From Candidatus Eiseniibacteriota bacterium (GTDB lineage Bacteria; Eisenbacteria; RBG-16-71-46; CAZAMP01): a stretch of DNA of 64,000 nucleotides. Positions within the stretch are counted from its first letter, which is position 1, and each line of letters starts with the position of its first letter. Positions 38,670 through 47,197 of the stretch are shown here, piece after piece. The stretch covers positions 1,536,001-1,600,000 of the forward strand of contig OZ245046.1 of assembly GCA_965224245.1 (NCBI GenBank), given 5' to 3'. Below the pieces are notes generated by a model. The model was not told the origin of the DNA, searched no databases, and worked only from the letters and a program-made list of their open reading frames with translations. Position numbers and translations under genes: made by a program.

Positions 38670-39760
38670 CGATCACTCTGACATCGCTGGCCGTGACCGG
38701 CATCGGGGTGGCTTCGAGCCTCGGCGTCGGCCATCGCGGGGCCTGCGCCGCCGCCCGCGCCGGTCTCAGCCGCGCGGTGGAGCTGGGCATCGTGGTCCGG
38801 AGCGAGGTGGACGGGGACGACGACGTCGTCGTGGGGAGCCCCGTGGGCTCCTTCACGGTGGGGTTCACGAGGAACGCGCGCCTGGTGCGACTGGCCACGC
38901 TGGCGCTCGAGGATCTCGGAGCCGGCGGGCTGGCCGAGCGCGTGCGCGATCGTCGCGTCGGCCTGTGCGTGGTCCTGCCGCACGACTGGACCCCGGGCCC
39001 GGATCCCGACGAGGACGCCGACGAGGAGCCCCCGGTACCGGTCACCTACGACCCCGGCTGGATCGCCGAGCGGGTGACCGGGGCGCTGGCGTCTCGGCCG
39101 GTCGCGACGACCCCGATCCGGGACGGGCGGGTCGGCCTCGCGTCCGCGCTCGATCTGGCGCATCGCGAGATCGCGGCCTCGCGCTGGGACGCGGCGATCG
39201 TGGTTGCCTCGGACAGCCTCGTCGAGGAAGAGGTGGTCGAGCACCTCCATGCGAGGGGACGTCTCAAGTGTGCGGGGTTTCCCACCGGACTCCAGCCGGG
39301 AGAGGCCGCGGTCGCGCTTCTCCTGGAGGCCGAGGGCGCCCCGACGGAGATGGGTCGTGTCTCCGCGATCGCGCGCGGCGACGCCCCGTACGCGTTCGGA
39401 AGCGGCGACGTGCCCGATGGCCGCGCGTGTGCCGAGCTCGTCGAGATGCTCGCGGGGTCGCTGGGGTCGGGTCTCGGCCGGCCGCAGCTGTATCCCGACC
39501 TGAACGGCGAGATCGGGCGCGCCACCGAGTGGGGGTACCTCCTGTGCCACCTGGCCCATCGACATCCCTGGCTGGGAGACGCGCTTCATCTTCCGATCGC
39601 GTCCTTCGGAGACGCCGGCGTGGCGGCCGGCGCGCTGGCCGTGGCGACGTGCCTCCGCGAGCTGGATCGCGCTCCCCGGTCACCGGAGACGGGACTGATC
39701 ATGCTGAACGACGACGAAGGACCGCGGGCGCTCGTTGCGGTCAGTCATACACGAAGGTAG
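38666..39760 (+). CDS. PRK06147-like (thiolase/ketoacyl-synthase fold) T6SS accessory protein
   Basis: 'ACAAARAGLSR', 'DSL', 'PGEAAVALLL', 'DLNGE..RATEWG', 'FGDAGVAAG'; follows DUF2169. Confidence 0.8.
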   Translation: MTITLTSLAVTGIGVASSLGVGHRGACAAARAGLSRAVELGIVVRSEVDGDDDVVVGSPVGSFTVGFTRNARLVRLATLALEDLGAGGLAERVRDRRVGLCVVLPHDWTPGPDPDEDADEEPPVPVTYDPGWIAERVTGALASRPVATTPIRDGRVGLASALDLAHREIAASRWDAAIVVASDSLVEEEVVEHLHARGRLKCAGFPTGLQPGEAAVALLLEAEGAPTEMGRVSAIARGDAPYAFGSGDVPDGRACAELVEMLAGSLGSGLGRPQLYPDLNGEIGRATEWGYLLCHLAHRHPWLGDALHLPIASFGDAGVAAGALAVATCLRELDRAPRSPETGLIMLNDDEGPRALVAVSHTRR

Positions 39761-39767
39761 GTTCCGC

Positions 39768-40421
39768 ATGGGATGCACCAAGAAGAAGAAGAAGAAGAAG
39801 GGCTACTACCGGCGCGGTCAGAGCTACAAGACCAAGTGCAAGTCGGGCTGGCGCGGTGACGGCTGTCAGATTCACCACATACTGCCCTGCGCCTCGATGA
39901 ACGCGCTCGAGAACGGAACCGCGTGCCCGGACATCACGCCGGACGAGCTCCAGATCCTGCAGAACGCGCTGTGGAACAGCGACTGGAGCATCAACGACAA
40001 GCACAATCTGATCGGAATGCCCACGAACGCGGTCCACAAGAAGAAGGACGGAAAGGGCACCCAGAGTCTCCCGTCGCACAACCTGGACCACTGGGGCGGC
40101 GGCAGCTACAACGATGACGTGACCGAGTGGCTCAACAAGAACATCATCGGGAAGTACCGTGCGAACGAGGACAAGCACGCCATCACGGTCACGAGCATCG
40201 AGGGGAACCTGAAGACCGGCAGCGACACGTACCGGCAGCGAATCATCGATTTCGGCAAGCGGGGCGACGGGTACACGGGAACCGCCGACTGCTTCGAGCA
40301 CCGTCACGAGCAAGACGTGAAGCCGTACTGGTTCAAGCCGTTCTCGATGGCCGTGAAGCCGAGCCCGCGGAACCCGGGGATGCCCTCATCGGCGATGACG
40401 GGCATCTTCAAGAAGATCTGA
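39768..40421 (+). CDS. AHH-family (HNH/EndoVII fold) nuclease, putative T6SS effector
   Basis: 'QIHHILP', 'WSINDKHNLIGMP', 'LPSHNLDH...SYN..V'; basic N-terminus; followed by immunity-like genes. Confidence 0.8.
   Translation: MGCTKKKKKKKGYYRRGQSYKTKCKSGWRGDGCQIHHILPCASMNALENGTACPDITPDELQILQNALWNSDWSINDKHNLIGMPTNAVHKKKDGKGTQSLPSHNLDHWGGGSYNDDVTEWLNKNIIGKYRANEDKHAITVTSIEGNLKTGSDTYRQRIIDFGKRGDGYTGTADCFEHRHEQDVKPYWFKPFSMAVKPSPRNPGMPSSAMTGIFKKI
39780..39800 (+). repeat. (AAG)7 trinucleotide repeat encoding K7
   Basis: aagaagaagaagaagaagaag read directly at the start of the AHH gene. Confidence 0.95.
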
Positions 40422-40448
40422 GCCGTCGACAGTCATGGAGGATGGGCG

Positions 40449-41015
40449 ATGTTTGTGGTGTGGCAGGTCGTGGTGGCGCGCGGAGACTGCACGGTGACCA
40501 CGCTCCAGAACTTCCCCGAGGCCTTCGCGATCCGCGACGCGGTGTCGGTGGCCGATCGGTTCCCCGATGACGCGTTCTTCGCGATGAACCCACAGAACCC
40601 CAAGGACATCCGCCTGCCCGACCAGGTGCGCACCTACGAGGGGCTGGTGGTGGTGTCGTCGGCGATCCGGGACGTGGTTCTGGAGATCGGCGGTGACGTC
40701 GAGCTCTTGCCGGTGGCGATCCACGACCACCGCGGCCGGGTCGCCAGCTCGGACTACTGGATCGTCAACCCGCTCACCAGGATCGACTGTCTGGACGTGG
40801 CCAACAGCCGTCTGACCGTCAACGCGATCGACAACTCGTACTCGGGATGCGACTCCCTCGCGATCCTGCCCGATCGCGTTCCGGAGGACGCGACGTTCTT
40901 CCGTCCCTCGGTATTCCCGGAGCCGATCGTGTGCCGAAGGGACGTCGCCGACCGGATCGTGTCCGGGGGTTTCTCGGGCATCGACTTCGTGGGAGCTCGG
41001 GAATGCATCATCTGA
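40449..41015 (+). CDS. Imm11/DUF1629-like immunity protein
   Basis: 'VVSSAIRDVV', 'VELLPVAI', 'YWIVNPLTRIDCLD..S'; directly after the AHH nuclease. Confidence 0.75.
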   Translation: MFVVWQVVVARGDCTVTTLQNFPEAFAIRDAVSVADRFPDDAFFAMNPQNPKDIRLPDQVRTYEGLVVVSSAIRDVVLEIGGDVELLPVAIHDHRGRVASSDYWIVNPLTRIDCLDVANSRLTVNAIDNSYSGCDSLAILPDRVPEDATFFRPSVFPEPIVCRRDVADRIVSGGFSGIDFVGARECII

Positions 41016-41040
41016 CCGACGACCGGCCCGGGGCGACGCG

Positions 41041-41832
41041 ATGCCGCTGAGCGCGCTCGAGGTCCGCGAGGCGGTCGAGGACGGGCTGGCCGTGCTGGCG
41101 GCCGGTCATCCGATCACCGACACGTGGTCCGACGTCCTGGAGCTGGAGTCGGCGTTCGCGGCGCTCGGCATCACCGTGCTGCTGGAGGATCTCGACGTCG
41201 CCCGCTTCCGGCGACACCTCTGTCAGGCGGCGCAGGCCCGATGCTTCTTTCTCGAGCGCGCGAACCGGGCGCCGGAGACGATTCTCGGCGAGGCGATCAG
41301 CCGGAGCGAGGCGGTCCTGGCCGCCCTGGCCGCCGGGAGCTGGACGCTGGCCCGGCGGATCGAGTCGCTGTCCCGGGCTGACTGGTTCCCGGACGCCGAG
41401 TACGAGGAGGACTTCGCGTTCACCGCGGCGGTGCACGCGCTCGTGGAAGCGCATGGCCGGGTGGACGCGGCCGTCCTGACCCCGGTCCTCGAGCGGATCG
41501 CGGCGGCCGTGGACGGAGCGGAGTATGCCCGGCTGGCCGTCCTGGAGAGCCTCGTGTCCGGCGATCCCGGTGCGTTCGAACGGGCCCTCGAAGATCGCAT
41601 CGAAGAGCGTCGTGCGACGTTCGACATCGCGTATCCTGAGGGCCGCAGCCGGATCTTCGACGCACACCGTTGCGTGTTCGTCGAGGGACTTGCGCTCATC
41701 GAGCTGGCAAGGGTGCGCGGATACGATCTCGAGCCCGAGCACGCGTTGTGTCCCTCGATGGGGCGCGCCTCCGGCGAGCCCGAGCCACCGGAAGACCTGT
41801 TCGAGGATCTCGCCAGACAGTTCGGCGTCTAG
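41041..41832 (+). CDS. Imm49-like helical immunity protein
   Basis: 'YEEDF', 'D..AFERALEDRI', 'VFVEGLALIELAR.RG......LCP'. Confidence 0.65.
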   Translation: MPLSALEVREAVEDGLAVLAAGHPITDTWSDVLELESAFAALGITVLLEDLDVARFRRHLCQAAQARCFFLERANRAPETILGEAISRSEAVLAALAAGSWTLARRIESLSRADWFPDAEYEEDFAFTAAVHALVEAHGRVDAAVLTPVLERIAAAVDGAEYARLAVLESLVSGDPGAFERALEDRIEERRATFDIAYPEGRSRIFDAHRCVFVEGLALIELARVRGYDLEPEHALCPSMGRASGEPEPPEDLFEDLARQFGV

Positions 41833-41851
41833 CCTCAACCCGAGGACCTCC

Positions 41852-43390
41852 ATGAACGGCGGCAGCTGGATTCAGATCGGCGGTCACGACCGCCTGGCGC
41901 ACACGGCTCCGGCGGCGCGGGAGCGGACCGAGCGCTCGCGCTTCCGCGTGCTCGTGATCGGCGAGTTCGGGGGGGAGTCCAAAGACGCCGGCGCGCTCGG
42001 CGAGCGCCGCCCCGTGCGCGTGGATCGCGACACGCTCGACGAGTGCTTCGCCCGCATCGCACCGAGCGTCGTGGTCCCCGCGTCGGCCTCGGGGGAGTCG
42101 ACGTCACTCGCGCTCTCGGACCTGGACGACCTCGAGCCCGATGCATGGGTGGAGACGCTACCGCTCACGCGCGACCTTCTGGATCTGCGCCGCCGGGTCG
42201 GGTCCACCTCGGGGCCGGTGTCGTCGGCCGCGCTCGACGAGGCACGGGCGCTCCTGGGTCGGCGAGCTCCCGAGCCGCCGCGTTCGGGCGAAGCGGAGGG
42301 CTCCACCGGCGCCGCTCCGGTCACCGAGTCCTCCACCGGCGACGCCGGTGGAGAGTCGCTTCTGGACCAGGCCGTGCGCGCCACCGACGTCGACGCGGGC
42401 CGACCGGACGATCTCCTCCGACGGCTCGTGCGCGAGGTGACCGCGCCGTACGACACCGATGCGCCCGCGGCCGACGAGGCCGACATCCGCGCGGCACTCG
42501 ACCGGCTGATCGGCGAGGCGCTGGGGGCCGTCCTGCATCGGCCCGAGGTCCGGACGCTGGAGTCGAGCTGGCGGGCGCTCCGCTGGCTCGTGCTGGGCCT
42601 CGAGTCCGATCGCGACGTCGAGGTGCGCATGGTGGACGCGCGTGCCGAGGAGCTGCGCCGCGACGCGACGGACGCGGAGTCGCTGGAGACCATGGAATCC
42701 TATCGCGCGTGGCTGGACCCGGCCTCCGGCGGCGCCGACCCGTTCACGCTCCTCGTGACCACGTTCGAGCTCGGCCCGTCGGCGGAGGACGCGACGCTCG
42801 CGTTCGTCGTGGCCAGCCTCGCCCGATCGATCGGGGCGCTCGCGCTGGCCACGTGTACGCCCGGCTTCTTCGGCGCCGAGACCGCGCCCGGGCTGGCCTC
42901 ACCCGACGAGTGGACCGCCTCTCCCAGGGATCCCGCGTGGGATGCTCTCCGGTCGCATCCGGTGTCGGCCCATCTCGCACTGGTTGCGCCGCGCATTCTC
43001 TGGCGCGTGCCGTTCGGATCGGCGACACGCCCCGTCGAGGCATTCCCGTTCGAGGAGCTCGCCGAGGGAGCGGGCCTGGATCGGCTTCTCTGGGGGGCGT
43101 CGGCGTTTCTGCCGGCGCTCGTGATGGCGAACGCGCACGCCACCGGGGTCTCCGGCGCCGCATCCCGGCGCGCGACGCTCACGGGGCTTCCGTACTTCGT
43201 GCACACGTCCCCCGACGGGGAGCGCGAGGCCGTGCCCGTGACCGAGGTGGCGCTGCCGGTCTTCGCCGCGCGCCGGATGGAGGAGTCCGGCGTCACCCCG
43301 ATCCTGATCGTACGCAACACCGATGGGGTCGAGATCGGTCCGATCCGGTCGTTCTCGAAGAGCGGCGAGCTGGCAGCGGGGCTCTCGTGA
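41852..43390 (+). CDS. TssB-TssC fusion-like sheath protein
   Basis: N-part TssB-like ('FRVLVIGEFGG', 'VDRDTLD', 'LDDLEPD'); C-part truncated TssC-like ('VLHRPEVRTLESSWRAL', 'PRILWRVPFG', 'LPYFV', 'TEV'). Confidence 0.8.
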   Translation: MNGGSWIQIGGHDRLAHTAPAARERTERSRFRVLVIGEFGGESKDAGALGERRPVRVDRDTLDECFARIAPSVVVPASASGESTSLALSDLDDLEPDAWVETLPLTRDLLDLRRRVGSTSGPVSSAALDEARALLGRRAPEPPRSGEAEGSTGAAPVTESSTGDAGGESLLDQAVRATDVDAGRPDDLLRRLVREVTAPYDTDAPAADEADIRAALDRLIGEALGAVLHRPEVRTLESSWRALRWLVLGLESDRDVEVRMVDARAEELRRDATDAESLETMESYRAWLDPASGGADPFTLLVTTFELGPSAEDATLAFVVASLARSIGALALATCTPGFFGAETAPGLASPDEWTASPRDPAWDALRSHPVSAHLALVAPRILWRVPFGSATRPVEAFPFEELAEGAGLDRLLWGASAFLPALVMANAHATGVSGAASRRATLTGLPYFVHTSPDGEREAVPVTEVALPVFAARRMEESGVTPILIVRNTDGVEIGPIRSFSKSGELAAGLS

Positions 43391-45816
43391 GCGGCACCGA
43401 CGATCGCACGCCCGCCGGATTCCGCGGCGTCTCCCGCGCGCTGTTTCCGGGAACGGTGGTGTTCGATCGGTACCGGCTGGTGCGCCCGCTGGGCCGCGGC
43501 GGCTTCAGCATCGTCTGGCTCGCACACGACCTCCAGCTCGAGATGGACATCGCGCTGAAGTTCCTGTCGGACGACATCGTCGCCAACCCCGAGGCGCTCT
43601 TCGATCTGAAGCGCGAGACGAAGATGTGCCTGTCGCTGACCCATGCGAACATCGTGCGCATCCATGGCTTCTTCGAGTCGCCAGACCTGGCCGCCATCGC
43701 GATGGAGTACGTGGACGGCGGGACGATGTCGTCGTTGAAGATTCGCCAGCCCTCACGGTGCTTCGAGCCCGAGGTCCTCAGCCCGTATCTGCCGCCGGTC
43801 GCGAGCGCACTCACCTACGCGCACGAACGGGTGCGGGTGGTGCATCGCGATCTGAAGCCGGGGAACCTGATGGTGGACCGGCGCGGAGACATCCGGATCG
43901 CCGACTTCGGAATCTCGCGGAGCATCAGCGACACCCAGACCCGGCTCTCGCGGCAGGCCTCCAGCTCGGGAACGCCCGCGTACATGGGGCCGCAGCAGAT
44001 GATGGGACAGCCGGCCAGCGTGCTCGACGACGTCTACTCGCTCGGCGCCACGCTCTTCGATCTGGTGGCGGGGAAGCCCCCGTTCTACACCGGTGCGGTC
44101 TCCGAGCAGGTGCTGAACGTGCCGCCACCGACCCTGGCAGCGCGGCGCCGTGAGCTGGGGCTCGAGGGTGCGCCCATCCCGCCGGCCTGGGAGGAGACGG
44201 TCGCCGCCTGCCTGGCCAAGAAGCCCCAGGATCGACCGTCCTCGATCAACGCGGTCCTCATGGGGCTCGGGCTGGTACCGGCCGACCCGGACCTCGCGAG
44301 TGCACCGCCGGCGGACGCGACACGACTGGTCTCCACGCCGCGCCCCAGAACCCCGAGTGCCGACGTCCCGCCCGCCGAGGAGGACGCCACGCAGACCGGC
44401 TCGGGCCCGTCGGCGTCGGGGCGGGTCGACGCGGCGGGAGCGACCGCGCCGACCGACGTGCCGGGGTCGGCCGACCCCACAGACGATCCCGCGAGCGCCG
44501 ACCCCGGAGTCGTCACGGGGGAGGAGGACGCCGCCCCGACCGGCTCGCGACCGGCCCCGCCGGCCGCCTCACGGCCGGACGAGGCACCGGCCGCATCCTC
44601 GAGCACCGCTCCACCACCGGCGGCCTCGACGCGCCCGCGCTCCACCGGCGTCGGGGTCTCCGGGACGCGGGGAGGCCGTCCGCGCTGGCTGATACCCGTC
44701 GTACTGATCGTGGTCGTGGTCGGTGCGCTGGCCACCGCGGTCGCCCTTCGAGGGGGTGGCGACGCCCCGACGGCACGGGATGACGGGACGGACCCCGGCT
44801 CGGTGGCGAGCGGCGTGACCGGGGGCGGAGAGGCCCCATCCGGCTCGGAGCTCGCGTCGACCGAAACGGACGGAAACGCGGGCGTGGACGGTTCCGGCTT
44901 GACGCCCGAGGACACCGCGGAGCTCGATCGGCTTCTGAGAGCGGGCGCGTGGTGGGATGCGCGCAATCGACTCCAGGCGCTGGCCGGCGAGGCTCGAGAT
45001 CCCGATCAGGTCGCACAGTGGGAGCGGCGCGTCGACGAGGCGCGCGAGTCGGACCTGACCGACCGGCGGCGCGCCATCGAGTCGGCGATCGCCGCGGGCA
45101 ACCTGGACGACGCCATGGCGGACATCGCCGACGCCGAGCGGATCGTCCAGCCCGGAGACCTGCCGCTCGCGACGTGGCGCTCCCGGGTGGACTCGACGCG
45201 CACCGCGGACGCGGCCCGGCGTCGCCTCGAGGACGGCATACCCGGTCTCCTGGCCGCTCGCGAGTGGGAATCCGCCGAGCGTGACATCGATCGATACGTC
45301 GGCTCCGGAGGAGACGTCGCGCGCGCGGAGACCTGGCGACGCGCGATCCGCACCGGACGCGAAGCCGACCGCCGCGCCGAGGAGGCCGCGGCGAAGGCCG
45401 AGCGGGAGCGTGACTCGCTCCTGGCACACGAGGCCGCACCCCCGGGGCCTCCGCCGCCCGATGCGCAGGTCGTCGACGAGCCGTCGCCGACCGAACGGAT
45501 CGAGGCGCTCTTGTCGGCGTACGAGCGTGCCAAGGAGACGCTCGACGTCGAGAGCTTCGTCGCGCTGTGGCGAGCGCCACCGGCGTCGCTCGCCGATCAG
45601 CTGCGCCGGGCCTACCGGGAGTATCGCAGCCAGCGCGTGGAGCTGAACGTGAAGTCGATCGCCGTGGCGGCGGACGGTCAAAGTGCCCGGGTGCGATTCC
45701 ACGAGGTGGACGACATCTCGCTGGCCGCCGGCTCGGTCGATCCCGTCTCGCGCGATCTCGAGATGCACGTCGTCTTGACCCCCGAGGGCGACTGGAAGAT
45801 TTCGTCGATCGAGTAG
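43387..45816 (+). CDS. Membrane-anchored Hanks-type Ser/Thr kinase (kinase 2, PpkA-like by context)
   Basis: GTGA overlap; 'LGRGGFSIVW', 'ALK', 'HRDLKPGN', 'DFG', 'GTPAYMGPQ', 'DVYSLG'; Pro/Ala/Thr linker, TM, helical region, NTF2-like C-terminus ('GDWKISSIE'). Confidence 0.9.
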   Translation: MSGTDDRTPAGFRGVSRALFPGTVVFDRYRLVRPLGRGGFSIVWLAHDLQLEMDIALKFLSDDIVANPEALFDLKRETKMCLSLTHANIVRIHGFFESPDLAAIAMEYVDGGTMSSLKIRQPSRCFEPEVLSPYLPPVASALTYAHERVRVVHRDLKPGNLMVDRRGDIRIADFGISRSISDTQTRLSRQASSSGTPAYMGPQQMMGQPASVLDDVYSLGATLFDLVAGKPPFYTGAVSEQVLNVPPPTLAARRRELGLEGAPIPPAWEETVAACLAKKPQDRPSSINAVLMGLGLVPADPDLASAPPADATRLVSTPRPRTPSADVPPAEEDATQTGSGPSASGRVDAAGATAPTDVPGSADPTDDPASADPGVVTGEEDAAPTGSRPAPPAASRPDEAPAASSSTAPPPAASTRPRSTGVGVSGTRGGRPRWLIPVVLIVVVVGALATAVALRGGGDAPTARDDGTDPGSVASGVTGGGEAPSGSELASTETDGNAGVDGSGLTPEDTAELDRLLRAGAWWDARNRLQALAGEARDPDQVAQWERRVDEARESDLTDRRRAIESAIAAGNLDDAMADIADAERIVQPGDLPLATWRSRVDSTRTADAARRRLEDGIPGLLAAREWESAERDIDRYVGSGGDVARAETWRRAIRTGREADRRAEEAAAKAERERDSLLAHEAAPPGPPPPDAQVVDEPSPTERIEALLSAYERAKETLDVESFVALWRAPPASLADQLRRAYREYRSQRVELNVKSIAVAADGQSARVRFHEVDDISLAAGSVDPVSRDLEMHVVLTPEGDWKISSIE

Positions 45817-45853
45817 CACCGTAACCCGTCTCGAAAGAGGAGCCCGACCCAAC

Positions 45854-47185
45854 ATGACGTTCACTCGCCCATTCGTCAGCGGCGTGCTCGGATGCGTCGC
45901 CGGTCTCGCTGCGACCGGGATCGCAACCAGTGCGTCCGCGCAGAGCCTCAACCTGCGCGACCTGATGACCGACCTCCTGCGCGCGGGGATCACGCTCGCT
46001 CCGCCGGAGGCCGGCCAGGATCACTCCGCGCACTTCAACGGCGAGAGCACGCGGCAGTTCACGGCGATCCGCGAGCTGCAGAACGAGATCGCCCGGCAGA
46101 TCTCGTCGTTTCCGGTCAGCTCGTCGGCCGGCGGGTTCGCCTATCGGCTCGATCCGGTGGCGGGCGTCCTGACGCGGCCGACCCGGAGCTTCGGACCGGT
46201 CTACAGCGAGCGGCCGTACACCGTGGGCGAGGGCAAGTACAACGTCGGACTCAGCTACAGCCGCTTCACGTTCGATCGCTTCGACGGACTGAGCCTGCGC
46301 GACGGAGACATGCAGCTTCTGTTCACGCACGAGGACGTGAACGGGGACGGCTCGCCGCTCGAGTCGCCGGTGGAGGGCGACGTGGTCGCCGCCCGCATGT
46401 ACGTCGACATCGACACCGAGGTGACCACGTTCGTGGCCAACTACGGCGTCAACGACCGACTCGACGTCGGAATCGCCATTCCGCTGATCGACGTGAGCCT
46501 CCAGGTGCTGGTCGATGCCGAGGTCGTCCGGCTCTCGACCGCCGATCAGCCGGAGATCCACCAGTTCCCGAACGGGACGGGCGAGGCGGTGTTCTCGACG
46601 ACCGGCAGCGCGTCGGGTGTCGGCGACGTTCTCCTGCGCTCGAAGTACGTGCTGCCGAACACCCGGGGACTTCTCTGGGCCTTCACCGGCGACGTGCGTC
46701 TGCCGACCGGGGAGGAGCGCAATCTGCTCGGCCTCGGCGAGTACCAGGTGAAGGCCACGGTTCTCGCGTCGCTCGACGACGCCGTGTTCGCCCCGCACGG
46801 GTCGCTCGGCTACACGCTGTCGGGGGGGAGCGTGTCGGACGAGCTCCTGTACTCGGCCGGGGTCGACTGGGCGGTCGATCCCAAGCTCACGCTGGCGGCG
46901 GACGTGCTGGGCCGGTCGTTCACCGAGCTCGACGAGGTCACGGTCGGGACGTCGCTCTGGGAGTACAACTCGGCGCTCACCGGCCCGCCGGTCATCGAGA
47001 CGACCGAGGTCACGTCCATGAGCGTCGCGTCCGGCGAGCGCCGGAACACCGCGTCCCTCGCGGTGGGATTCAAGCTCAACGTACACAGTAACTTCCTCGT
47101 GACGGCGAACGGGCTGGTGCCGCTCGTCGAGACGGGCCTTCGAGACGACTTCGCGTCGCTCATCGGTCTCGACTACAGCTTCTAG
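45854..47185 (+). CDS. Outer-membrane beta-barrel (MetA-pathway/transporter-like)
   Basis: Signal peptide; 'SFGPVYSERPYTVG', 'YGVNDRLDVGIAIP', 'SGVGDVLLRSKY', 'LPTGEE..LLGLG'; terminal 'LDYSF'. Confidence 0.75.
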   Translation: MTFTRPFVSGVLGCVAGLAATGIATSASAQSLNLRDLMTDLLRAGITLAPPEAGQDHSAHFNGESTRQFTAIRELQNEIARQISSFPVSSSAGGFAYRLDPVAGVLTRPTRSFGPVYSERPYTVGEGKYNVGLSYSRFTFDRFDGLSLRDGDMQLLFTHEDVNGDGSPLESPVEGDVVAARMYVDIDTEVTTFVANYGVNDRLDVGIAIPLIDVSLQVLVDAEVVRLSTADQPEIHQFPNGTGEAVFSTTGSASGVGDVLLRSKYVLPNTRGLLWAFTGDVRLPTGEERNLLGLGEYQVKATVLASLDDAVFAPHGSLGYTLSGGSVSDELLYSAGVDWAVDPKLTLAADVLGRSFTELDEVTVGTSLWEYNSALTGPPVIETTEVTSMSVASGERRNTASLAVGFKLNVHSNFLVTANGLVPLVETGLRDDFASLIGLDYSF

Positions 47186-47197
47186 GCGGTCACGGCG

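Noticed and set aside
38666-39760. Fatty-acid or polyketide ketosynthase
   Set aside because: No ACP or other FAS/PKS genes nearby; position after DUF2169 matches the T6SS accessory family
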